A DNA stretch of 64,000 nt from an uncultured Verrucomicrobiae bacterium (GTDB lineage Bacteria > Verrucomicrobiota > Verrucomicrobiia > Chthoniobacterales > Chthoniobacteraceae): assembly GCA_963828525.1 (NCBI GenBank), contig CAWHEP010000004.1, positions 128,001 to 192,000 of the forward strand, given 5' to 3'. Shown here one piece after another: positions 50,585 through 60,155 of the stretch (positions are counted from its first letter, which is position 1; each line of letters begins with the position of its first letter). The notes under the pieces are model-generated. The model did no database searches. It was given only the letters and a program-made list of their open reading frames with translations, and was not told the DNA's origin. The translations under genes were made by a program, and so were the position numbers.

Positions 50585-51943
50585 ATGGGACAAAGTTCAC
50601 CCTTCGTGGAAGCATGGATCGCTGACCTTTTCGCATTCCTCCGCTTTCCGAGCGTTTCGACCTCTCCTGAACATGCGGCCGATGTCGCTGCTTGCGGGAA
50701 ATGGCTCTGCGAGAAACTGAATGGAATCGGGCTGAAGGCAGCCCTCCACCCGACGCCCGGCCACCCCATTATCATGGCGAAGAATGAACACGTCCCGGGG
50801 CGGAAGAGTGTCTTGATCTACGGCCATTATGACGTCCAGCCCCCAGACCCTATCGAGCTTTGGACACACCCTCCTTTTGAACCCCATCTCGAAGGCGGAA
50901 TCGTCACCGCGCGCGGAGCGACGGATAATAAAGGCCAAATCCTCGCGCATATCCTCGGCGTTCAGGAGGCCCTGCGAGGCGGCGGCGAACTTCCTGTCAA
51001 CCTGACCTTTCTCATCGAGGGCGAGGAGGAGATCGGCAGCCCCAACCTCGACGCCTTTTTGATGACTCACCGCCATTCGCTGTCATGCGACGTCATCGCC
51101 GTCTCCGACACGGGCATGGTGGGGCGCGGGATTCCCACGCTTACGTACGGGTTGCGGGGCATAGCCGCCATGGAGATAAAGGTAACCGGACCGTCCATCG
51201 ACCTCCACTCCGGCATCTACGGCGGGGCTGTCGCCAATCCGGCCACCATGCTCGCGCGCATCCTGGCAACGCTCCACGATGCCGGCGGCAGAGTGGCCGT
51301 TCCCGGGTTCTACGATGATGTGACAAGGGTGGGGGAAGCGGAGCGGAGACGCTGGGAGTCTCTCCCGCTCACCGATGCGCTTTTCCTCGAACTCACGGGC
51401 GCTCCGGAGCTATCTGGAGAGGCCGGATATGGAACACTGGAACGGGTCTGGGCGCGACCCACAGTCGAGGTAAATGGAATCACGGCTGGCTACCAGGGAC
51501 ACGGCACGAAGACGGTCATACCCAAAGAGGCGTCCGCTAAATTGACCTTCCGCCTTGTTCCTGAGCAAAAACCCGATGAAATCCTGCGCCTGGTGAAGAA
51601 GTTCCTCCTGGAGACATTGCCTCGCGGGGTGAGGCTGGAAACTACCGAGGGCCACTCCGGAGCCCCCTATATCACCGATCCAGACTCGGCAAGCGGGGAA
51701 GCCGCGCGGCGCGCTCTTCAGAGAACGTTCGGAAGCGAGGTCGCGCTGATTCGCGAGGGGGGCAGCATCCCCATTGTTGAGAGCTTTCGGAAGATACTGG
51801 ACGCGGACACCCTTCTCCTGGGCCTTGCCCTTCCCGATTGCCGCGCTCATGCCCCGAATGAAAACTTCCCGCTCGAGAACTTCTTTGCCGGAATCCGGCT
51901 CAACCAGGAGTTGCTCCGGGAGCTTGCGTTAACTTCCGGATGA
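50585..51943 (+). CDS. M20 family dipeptidase
   Basis: YGHYDVQP, ARGATDNKG, EGEEEIGS, DLHSG, GGSIP, HAPNE. Confidence 0.92.
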   Translation: MGQSSPFVEAWIADLFAFLRFPSVSTSPEHAADVAACGKWLCEKLNGIGLKAALHPTPGHPIIMAKNEHVPGRKSVLIYGHYDVQPPDPIELWTHPPFEPHLEGGIVTARGATDNKGQILAHILGVQEALRGGGELPVNLTFLIEGEEEIGSPNLDAFLMTHRHSLSCDVIAVSDTGMVGRGIPTLTYGLRGIAAMEIKVTGPSIDLHSGIYGGAVANPATMLARILATLHDAGGRVAVPGFYDDVTRVGEAERRRWESLPLTDALFLELTGAPELSGEAGYGTLERVWARPTVEVNGITAGYQGHGTKTVIPKEASAKLTFRLVPEQKPDEILRLVKKFLLETLPRGVRLETTEGHSGAPYITDPDSASGEAARRALQRTFGSEVALIREGGSIPIVESFRKILDADTLLLGLALPDCRAHAPNENFPLENFFAGIRLNQELLRELALTSG

Positions 51944-52104
51944 GCTGCCAACGTCGGACTGACCCCATGCGGTTCCTCGGCCTCGCCAAGATCGACGAGC
52001 GAAAAGCAGCGATGGACACCTTTTTCTGGTGCGGGGTGAAACGATCGCGAGCCTGGATTGGATGTCCAACCCGCCTGCGATGGGGATCGGCGCGGTGAGC
52101 CTCG

Positions 52105-52212
52105 GCCGTTCCTGAGCCGACCGGTGTCGCTCTTGGAATTTTTGGAGCGGGTGCCGCACTAATTACAATTGTCCGTCGCCGCAAGTCCGTTTGGCCGTCG
52201 CCATCGGCATAG
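52105..52212 (+). pseudogene. Orphan PEP-CTERM sorting-signal fragment (absent from ORF track)
   Basis: AVPEPTGVALGIFGAGAALITIVRRRKSVWPSPSA*; in-frame TGA at 52096 just upstream. Confidence 0.75.
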
Positions 52213-52291
52213 GGAAGAGCGGACCCGGGAATTGTCGGGGGTAGCCTTGAGCGGTTAGGGGAAGCGCTACGGTTCGACTCTTAGACCAACG

Positions 52292-52329
52292 GGCCGTTTT
52301 CTGGGGGTCAGGCCGTTTTCTGGGGGTCA
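52292..52329. repeat. Exact 19-bp tandem duplication GGCCGTTTTCTGGGGGTCA x2
   Basis: 52292-52310 and 52311-52329; includes the tip of the HUH element end. Confidence 0.9.
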
Positions 52330-52985
52330 GGCTGCATTTCTCAACAGCTCTATCCATTGGTGAAGGGCTTTGGGCAGGCTCGGTTCGCGCGACCTGCTCC
52401 TGCGAATCTGCTGGCTCGCGTTTGCTGCGCTGCTCATCGCTAAACGTTCGGAAATCCAGTTCAGATCCACTGATGTATTCTCCCCCTGCCACGCTGCTCC
52501 AGGGATAATCCATCACACTCTGCTCCTTTCCGGGCTTGATCATGCCCGCTCGCACAGGGTTAAGATGGACGTAGTCCAGCAGGCTCTCGTAGTAGTAGCC
52601 GCTGCCCTCCACCAGCACCGCCTTGTAGCGGTCGCCGAACAATCGACCCCAAACTTTGTGCCGGGTGTTGAAGCGACGTGTGTAGGTGTTCTGCAGCCAC
52701 GTCATCCCGGCGACCAGATTCGCCTCGGGCGCGCAGATTACAAGGTGATAGTGGTTGCCCATCAACACCCAGGCATGCGCCCGCCACCCGGTCTTCGCGC
52801 AAGCCTCTCCAAAGGTCGTTAAAAACATCCGCCGATCTCCATCGGACTCGAAAATGGATTCCCGCCGGTTTCCACGCGCCATCACATGATAAAACGCTCC
52901 TGGATACTCGATTCGGATGCTCCTCGCCATACCCGTCCAAGGTGACAGATTCTTCAGAGCCTGTCAATAGATGCAGCCTGACCCC
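52323..52985 (-). mobile_element. HUH Y1 (RAYT/IS200-like) element with 15-bp terminal inverted repeats; transposase internally deleted
   Basis: CDS 52930->52327: YHVMARGN, MGNHYHL, YVHLNPVRAG, YPWSS, then a jump at ~52482 to ENTSVDLNWISERLAMSSAANASQQIRR...LRNAA* in another frame. IRs GGGGTCAGGCTGCAT (52323-52337) and ATGCAGCCTGACCCC (52971-52985). Confidence 0.85.
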
Positions 52986-53092
52986 TAGAAACTCATTCCC
53001 GATCACTCGGTGACAAGGGAGTGAATGATCGCTCCCTAAGTAGAGGGGCTTCTGCCGGGGCGTTGGATGAGAGCAGGGCCCTAAAACTTACC

Positions 53093-53421
53093 GTAAGCGT
53101 AAGTCGGAGCACCTATTGACAGAGGAAGCCGGAGATTAGGGGTTTTTAACGGAGATGTCGTAGTGCCTACTACTACGACATCTATGCTGCCGCCGGCGTG
53201 AGATCCTTCACCTGCCAGTTGGTCATGGAGGGCGGAGGGCAGCCGGGTTAGCGTTAGCAGGTTAGCACGTCTCGCAGATACTCATACGGGTCGATGCCAC
53301 GGAGGCGGCAGCACTCGATCAGCGTGTAGATGATCGCTCTGCGCTCGCCCGCCTCCGCGTCGCCAACAAAGAGCCAGTTCTTTTTGCCAATGGCTGTCGG
53401 GCGTCGGGCGGATTATGTTCT
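53093..53421 (-). mobile_element. IS66-family remnant: end of tnpC plus terminal repeat
   Basis: ENIIRPTAIGKKNWLFVG...IIYTLIECCRLRGIDPYEYLRDVLT(RLPS)MTNWQVKDLTP; end begins GTAAGCG at 53093; 12-bp stem hairpin at 53153-53183. Confidence 0.85.
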
Positions 53422-53471
53422 CATCTCCAGAAGTTGGATTCTCCGATTCTCCTGAGGTCTCTGGTAATGAG

Positions 53472-53585
53472 ATGAGCCAGCGCCTTGAAGAGGATCTGAG
53501 GCAAGGGGCGCTGTTCGTGTTTAGCAACAGGCGCCACACGCGGCTGAAGATAATCTACTGGGATGGAAGCGGGCTGTGGATTACG
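53472..53585 (+). pseudogene. IS66 accessory TnpB (orf2) fragment
   Basis: GALFVFSNRRHTRLKIIYWDGSGLW. Confidence 0.8.
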
Positions 53586-53658
53586 AGCCGGGCCGCTTCT
53601 TGCGCAGGCGAACGGTGCGCCCCAAGTACGTGAGGAAAAACGCGGTGGACACCTGAAT

Positions 53659-54117
53659 CCCCCCGCTTTCTTCTCATCATCAGTACATAGGAGTTCTTCA
53701 AGCAACCCATGCCTGCCGCTTGCGCGGCAGGCACGGGAACCCTTGAATTTTTCCGTAGCTTTGAGTTGTCAAAGGCCGGCGGTGGACGGTGCGCCATCTC
53801 CCTAAACTGAAATCATCTGCCGGGTGTCGATGAACCAGTGGAACTTGCGTTCCGTCGATCAAGGTAGCTGGCTGCTCTAGGCCGGCCCGGCGGACACAAT
53901 GGCTGCCTGCAAAGCGCCGCGGGAGGTGCGAAGCGCGAAGCGCGAAAGCGCCTTCCGATTGAAATTTGCCATTCTGCCTGTGTTCTGGCAGAACATCTCT
54001 GTGCATTTCAACGGGACTGTCGTGCGCCTGACCGAGAGATCTCCGCTAGGGCGGCGCGGAGTCGGAGACGCAGCCCGGGTATCATCCCGCTTGAATCCCG
54101 CGTCCAATCCCTTGGCG
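53659..54117. repeat. Dispersed, probably non-coding element; partial copies at ~53033-53092, 55890-56099, 57645-57813
   Basis: Shared blocks such as TCTTCAAGCAACCC, CTCCCTAAACTGAA, TCGATGAACC (53.7/57.7 kb) and AATTTGCCATTCTG, GTGTTCTGGCAGAA, CAACGGGACT, AATCCCGCG (53.96/55.94 kb). Confidence 0.75.
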
Positions 54118-55189
54118 GGCACGAACAATATCCAGATCAGTGCCAAAGACGCCGCCGGTAACACGACCACACACACATGGCAGGTTGTTGCGACGAGCGG
54201 AACAAACCAGACCCTCACCTACGACCCCGACGGCAACCTCCTAAACGACGGAACCCAGACTTACGAGTGGGATGCCGCGAACCGGCTCACCGCGGTGAAC
54301 GAGCCGGGAAACCTGCGTTCGGAATTCACCTACGATGGATTAAGCCGGAGAGTCAAGATTGTTGAGAAAAGCAACGGCGCTGTCACCAGCACGAAGAACC
54401 TGGTGTGGTGCGGCACGGAAATCTGCGAGGAACGCGACGCCTCCAATAACGTCACGAGGCGCTACTATCCCCAGGGAATGCAGCTTTCCGGATCGAACTA
54501 CTTCTATACCCGCGATCATCTCGGCTCCATACGAGAGTTGACGGACAGTTCAGGGGTGATCCAGGCGCGTTACAGCTACGATCCCTACGGCAGGCGTACA
54601 AAAACTCAGCGGCACCCTTGCCGCGAATTTCGGTTTCACAGGCGACTACTGGCATGCCCCAAGCGGCCTGGCCCTAACTCTATATCGCGCCTACAACCCT
54701 GACCTTGGAAGGTGGATCAGCCGCGATCCCATCGGCGAACGCGGCGGGATCAATCTGTATGGGTATGTAGAGAACGATCCGACTCGCCTGACAGACCCGC
54801 TGGGCCTCTGGACATTCGGCTACGGCGGACAAGCAAGTATAGCTGGTTTGGGAGGCGTTGCTCAAATCTCATCCGGACTTTACATCGGCCACAGTGCAGA
54901 TTCACCTTGGTACGGGGGATGGAGTATAGGTGGTTTATTTCAGGTGGGCACGGGCTTGGAGGCCGGACTGGGTGTCTCTGCAGGCTTATTTGCTGCCCAC
55001 ACCAACGCGAATTGTGTAGGCCAGCTTAAAGGGCCAGGTTACTCGATAGGAGCGGGCGGCGGCACTGGACCCAGCGTCGGGGTCGATAGGATAGGCGGAG
55101 ATGGTTATTCTGGCTGGAGTGGTAATGCTGGAGCAAGTTGGGGGCCTGTGCCGGGCGAAGCGCACGCTATTGTGACTAACACGTATTAG
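54118..55189 (+). pseudogene. Orphan Rhs core fragment plus C-terminal tip 1 (+1 frameshift ~54603)
   Basis: YDPDGNL, YEWDAANRL, RDHLGS, YDPYG; removing one A gives RAYNPDLGRWISRDP...DPLGL, then a Gly-rich tip. No N-terminal Rhs body. Confidence 0.88.
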
Positions 55190-55208
55190 AGCTAACACTT
55201 CCCCAAGG

Positions 55209-55700
55209 TTGAAAAAGCTTCTACCCGCAAAACATGAGCTCGAGCGTTGTCTTATCACCGCTTGCAGGGATATTATCCGCGAACCTCGCATCTACTTATA
55301 TTGGCTTGTCTGGATCGTCCTAGGCATTGGCCTTTTAGCTGTTCGGCTTTCTGGCATTCTACATCTGTCAGGTGTAACCCGTGTCGATCTTAGCATTTAT
55401 TACGCGATAATCGTGTGTTTGCCTACCGTGTTATGCAATCTTTACGAGGGCCACCGTGTGATGTCATATCTTCGAAGCCATCATTACAGTAAGTGGGCCG
55501 AACTAACGACTGTTAACGGCTTGGGACCCGGCTGGGTCAATGGATATCGCAGCATTCGCTGGCTATTTTCCAACGATACAGTTGGTGATGAAAGAGTGGC
55601 GCTTCTCAAGGGCGAGTATCGAAAGTTTCTTTATTTTGCGGTCACCGTTTTAGTTACCTTCCCGATCTTCACGGTTATTCTTGAGGGAAAAGCAGTATAA
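55209..55700 (+). CDS. Putative membrane immunity protein for Rhs tip 1
   Basis: 19 bp after the tip, lower GC, three hydrophobic segments. Confidence 0.6.
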   Translation: MKKLLPAKHELERCLITACRDIIREPRIYLYWLVWIVLGIGLLAVRLSGILHLSGVTRVDLSIYYAIIVCLPTVLCNLYEGHRVMSYLRSHHYSKWAELTTVNGLGPGWVNGYRSIRWLFSNDTVGDERVALLKGEYRKFLYFAVTVLVTFPIFTVILEGKAV

Positions 55701-56101
55701 AGATTGCTCAATGCCGGGCGGAGGAACGGAGCACTTCGGAATTCTCGTGCGACGTCAACCGACGGCGACGGAAGTCTGGATTCTGGATCGGCATTTGGCT
55801 GTCTATGAAACCTCGCAGCAAGGGTGCCGTAACGCTGATCGCTATTCTAAGTTGCGGCGTTGCATCTGCCCTCAGTTTGTTAAAGCGCGGGCTGGCCGCA
55901 AAGCCCGGCGAAGATGAAGGCGTCTATGCGATCCGATGGAATTTGCCATTCTGTCCGTGTTCTGGCAGAAATATCACTGTGCATTGCAACGGGACTCGCG
56001 AGCATCTGAACGGGAGCGCGCCGCCTTGGCTGAGCCGAGTGGGGGAACCAGCCGAGTTACCATCCGGGTTAAATCCCGCGCCCAATCTCCTGGGGGGCAG
56101 A

Positions 56102-57208
56102 GTCACTGCAACCACAGTTACCACCGGCACGAACAACATTCAGATCACCGCTAAGGTTGCCGCTGGCAACACGACCACACATACATGGCAGGTCGTTGCC
56201 ACGAGCGGAACAAACCAGACCCTCACCTACGACCCCGACGGCAATCTGCTAAACGACGGAACCCAGACTTACGAGTGGGATGCCGCGAACCGGCTCACCG
56301 CTGTCAACGAACCGGGCAACCTGCGCTCTGAATTCACCTACGATGGCTTAAGCCGGAGAGTCAAGATCGTCGAGAAGAGCAACGGCGCGGTCACCAGCAC
56401 GAAGAACCTGCTCTGGTGCGGCACGGAAATCTGCGAGGAACGCGACGCCTCCAATAACGTCACGAGGCGCTACTACCCGCAGGGAATGCAGCTTTCCGGA
56501 TCGAACTACTTCTATACCCGGGATCATCTCGGGTCAGTTCGCGAATTGACGGACAGTTCAGGCGTAATTCAGGCGCGTTACAGCTACGACCCCTACGGCA
56601 GGCGTACAAAGCTCAGCGGCGCCCTCGCCGCGAATTTCGGCTTCACAGGCGACTACTGGCACGTCCCGAGCGGCCTGGCCCTGACTCTATATCGCGCTTA
56701 CAACCCTGACCTTGGAAGGTGGATCAGCCGCGATCCCATCGGGGAGGACGGGGGAGTCAATCTTTATGAGTATGTGAGCAATAATCCGACTAACGGGATC
56801 GATCCGCTGGGACTATGGCAGATCACGTTGTCTGGTGGATGGGGGTTGGGCGGCTATCTGAGCTTCGGCCACAATTCTGGCCAATGGAACCTTAGCGCAC
56901 GCGCAGGTATTGGCGCAGGATTCTCTGCTGGATGGGATAGGAGTGACAGTGGCTGTAGGCATTCGGGTTGGAATCCGATAACCATTACCGGATCGCTCGG
57001 TGCTGGAATCGTAGGTGGGACTGGAGAGGTGGGAGTAGGCCCTGATGGCACGTATGGTTCTCTGGGAGGCCGTATTAGTGCGCTGGCGGGCGGAGTCGGC
57101 GTAAACGTGTCTACACCAACTGCGGCAGCCACATTCTCCACATCGTCTGGGCTGAGCAATTACGGTGCTTCGGGCTTTGCAGGCACTGGTTACACCGCCA
57201 CCTATTGA
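56102..57208 (+). pseudogene. Orphan Rhs core fragment plus C-terminal tip 2
   Basis: Core 56126-~56770 is a close DNA copy of 54118-~54760; diverges around DPLGL into a different Gly-rich tip. Confidence 0.88.
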
Positions 57209-57213
57209 CCCGT

Positions 57214-57588
57214 ATGGGACAAGTAATTGCATTCATCCCAGGTGTGCTTATGGCTGCTGCTGCTCTTAGCTTCTTCGTAGCTCTCTGGCGAGCGAATATC
57301 TATAGAGATAGGTTATTAGTACAGATGTACACTCTGCATCACGAAATTTGGCTGCAAGAGGGCAATCCTAAAGGCTGGAAGTGGCGTCCGCCCGGCAGCA
57401 TAACTCACCCTTTGCAAAAGTGGTGGCCTCGCCTTTCTCACTGCTGGAATGATCCGCCATGGCTTGGCGAAACAACAGACATGATTCAAAATTTTCGCTC
57501 CTGGCAAAAAGCCACGCGGCTCGGGGCTTTCATCTTTTGGCCATTAGCCGTCATTTTTGGTTCACTCGCCGTACTGGTGCATAAGTAA
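57214..57588 (+). CDS. Putative membrane immunity protein for Rhs tip 2
   Basis: Directly after tip 2; N- and C-terminal TM segments flanking a Trp/Pro-rich loop. Confidence 0.6.
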   Translation: MGQVIAFIPGVLMAAAALSFFVALWRANIYRDRLLVQMYTLHHEIWLQEGNPKGWKWRPPGSITHPLQKWWPRLSHCWNDPPWLGETTDMIQNFRSWQKATRLGAFIFWPLAVIFGSLAVLVHK

Positions 57589-58144
57589 ACGACTGATCAG
57601 TGCGGCCCAGTCGTCAGTAATTGGAGTAAAGAACGGCCATCCTGCCCCCCGCGATCAGTATTTAGGAGCATCTTCAAGCAACCCCATGCCTACCGCTTGG
57701 CGGCAGGTACCAAACCCTTGAAGTTTTTCGGTTGCCCTGAGGTCTCAGGGGCCAGTAGTGGAGGGTGCGCCAGTCTCCCTAAACTGAATAATTTGCCGGG
57801 TATCGATGAACCGGAAGATAGACTTCGAGAGCGTAAGCGCCGTTGCTAGGCGGAAGAAACTTCCAAAACTTACCGCAAGGTCTTTGCACGTATAAGCCGC
57901 GCCGCCAAGCGCAGGCTGGAAGACCGGACGCCGGCATGGCCGCAACGGACCTTCTTCTAATGCACGAGTAAAAGCCCGTCGAGAGTCTCACCGCCCCCGG
58001 ACCCTGTAGCGGATGATAAATCGCGCCCGGTCATCACCCGTTTTCAGAGCGCAAACACCACACCAACCTTTTGAAATGAGTCCCGAGGGACATGGGCGGC
58101 TTCGCGGATGGAGGCGAAGAACGCGCAGACCTGACGGCGCGGGC

Positions 58145-58413
58145 GGAAGCGTCAGCCCAGGCACCTATTGACAGAGAAGCCCGAGCTTTAGCGATTTTTA
58201 ACGGAGAGGTCAGAGTGCCTACTACAACGACATCTATGCTGCCGCCTTGAGGGCGGAATCCCGGGATCTCTGCCACGCCTCTGGAGTAAGGTCTTTACCT
58301 GCCAGTTGGTCATCGGTCATCGAGGGCAACCGGGTACCGGGTAAGCACGTCGCGCAGGTATGCGAAGGGTCGATCTGGCGGCGTCGGCAGCACTCGATCA
58401 GCGTGTAGATGAT
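58145..58413 (-). mobile_element. Second IS66-family remnant (tnpC end plus degenerate terminal repeat)
   Basis: IIYTLIECCRR...AYLRDVLTRLPSMTNWQVKDLTPEAW...AAA*; shares GCACCTATTGACAGAG with the 53.1 kb copy. Confidence 0.8.
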
Positions 58414-58497
58414 GGTTCTTCGAAGCGTTACAGGAACACTTAAGATCGTCAGGGGGATTTTCGTCAGTTTTCCTACAAATCTTCTGCGGGGACGTGT

Positions 58498-60076
58498 CTA
58501 AGGGCTCGCCGTGCTGGCTGGCGAGGGCGCGGGCGGCGTGGGCGCCAACTCTTCCTCTGGCAGCGTCCGGGCCCAGGTGTCTGTGCGGAAAGGCGCCGCT
58601 GGGGAACCTTCCTTATTGTAGAGACCGCACTCCGGGTTGTCCGCCCAAGCGTATCTTGCCGCGACTGGCTTGAGAACGCGCGCGCTGGATAGCACCACCT
58701 TGCCTTTCTCGATCTTCGCGGAGGCGGGGTAAAAGCGCTTATCCGCGCCAGCGATAGCGAACCCCGTAATGGGCGCGCCACCCTTGCCAGATAGTCCGCC
58801 GGCAGCATTCTGGAATGCCAGCCGCAGTTTCCCTTCCGCCGACTTTCATGGACGCGAAAATCGGACTCAACCCCGCCTCCTCTCCGTAGGCGGACGCAAG
58901 GGCCGCTTGCGCCAGCCGGTGGCCGGCCTCCTTCTTGTTCTTAGGCAGCATGCTGTGCTCATCCCCGATGTCGATGGTGACGGCCATGCCTGTTCCCGGC
59001 AACTTGAGGGCTGCGGCCTGCGCTTCCCTCAGTTCGGCCCATAGGCTGTCTTCCGGTTCAGAAGACCGGGGGAGGAAGTTCGCCAGTTGGACGAAGACAA
59101 ACGGAAGATCTGAGGTTGCGAAATTCTTCCGCCACGACCGTATGAGCGAGGAAAACAGGGAACGATAGCGTTCGGGCTCCGATGTGTCCGCCTCTCCCTG
59201 ATACCAGGCAATGCCGCGAGGCGGAAATGAGAGGAGGGGAGCTATCATTCCATTGTAAATGCCTCCGGGCGCTGAGGGGTCTTCCGGTCCCTTGGGCCTG
59301 CGCGGCGGTGGAGGCGGACGCTCGCCCGCCGTTTTCGCTTGCAAGGCAGCCTGCTGCCACCCCGCATAGGATTGCTCATATTCCTGATTCGCCGCCGGGT
59401 AGGCAGCCATCTCGGCCTTCCATGCTTCTTCCATTCCTTTCAACCCGGGATCGCTTCCAGCCGGCAGCCAGGACTGGATCGGGGTGGCGCTCACCGAGAC
59501 GTTGATCAACCCAATCGGAACTTTTAATCGTCCGTTTAACTCTCGTCCGAAGAAGTATCCAAGCGCGGAGAAATCCCGCGCGCTACGCGGGTCGCAGACC
59601 ACCCACGTTCCTTCACAAGCCTCAACCGGCTTGTCCGCGACCTTTTGTTGAACCTTAAACATTCGAATCATTGGGAACTTCGCTCCCGTAATCTCCTGCT
59701 GGGCATTGTCCACGGCGTTCAGAGGAAGCGCCATATTCGACGCGCCCGCGCAAAGCCAGACATCGCCAACTACCACATTATGAATCGTGACTTCGTTTTT
59801 GCCGCTGATGGTCAGGTCGTATGGTCCGCTACCCTTTACCCGTGGCAATGTCACCAGCCACCGTCCCTGCGCGTCAGCATCGGCGTGGGTCCGTCTGTTG
59901 CCAAGGCGCACGGTCACCGACTCCCCGGGATCCGCCATCCCGCGCACCGTCATCTTGGCGCGAGCCTGCAAAACCATGTTGTCGCTGTAAATGGCCGGCA
60001 TCCTGATATTCGCCAAAACGGGCGCGACGCTTGCGAGAAACAAGAGAGCCGCAAGATATTTTGGAGGAGCGATCAC
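58498..60076 (-). CDS. Sialate O-acetylesterase family (SASA) protein (+1 frameshift ~58839)
   Basis: SDNMVLQ, GDVWLCAGASNM, WYQGEAD, VQLANF, LREAQ; corrected frame gives GFAIAGADK...VAARYAWADNP...PFRTD. Confidence 0.87.
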
Positions 60077-60155
60077 CGGACAAGTAGAACCCGGCTTCCG
60101 AAACCGCGCAAGACGTACGCGGGAGGAATCATTCAGGCGCGGAAGCGTTCTTCAC

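Noticed and set aside
52292..52337. CRISPR-like repeats
   Set aside because: Two abutting 19-mers with no spacers and no cas genes.
53153..53183. Rho-independent terminator
   Set aside because: Perfect stem but no U-tract directly after it on either strand; recorded as part of the IS66 end.
53472..53585. RNA-guided TnpB nuclease
   Set aside because: This is the unrelated IS66 accessory protein of the same name; no RuvC motifs.
55805..56101. Signal-peptide-like N-terminus of the 467-aa Rhs ORF
   Set aside because: Runs through the repeated element, whose other copy does not keep this frame; likely a chance open frame.
54118..56780. Diversity-generating retroelement TR/VR pair
   Set aside because: Differences between the Rhs cores are mostly synonymous and not adenine-specific; no reverse transcriptase in the window.
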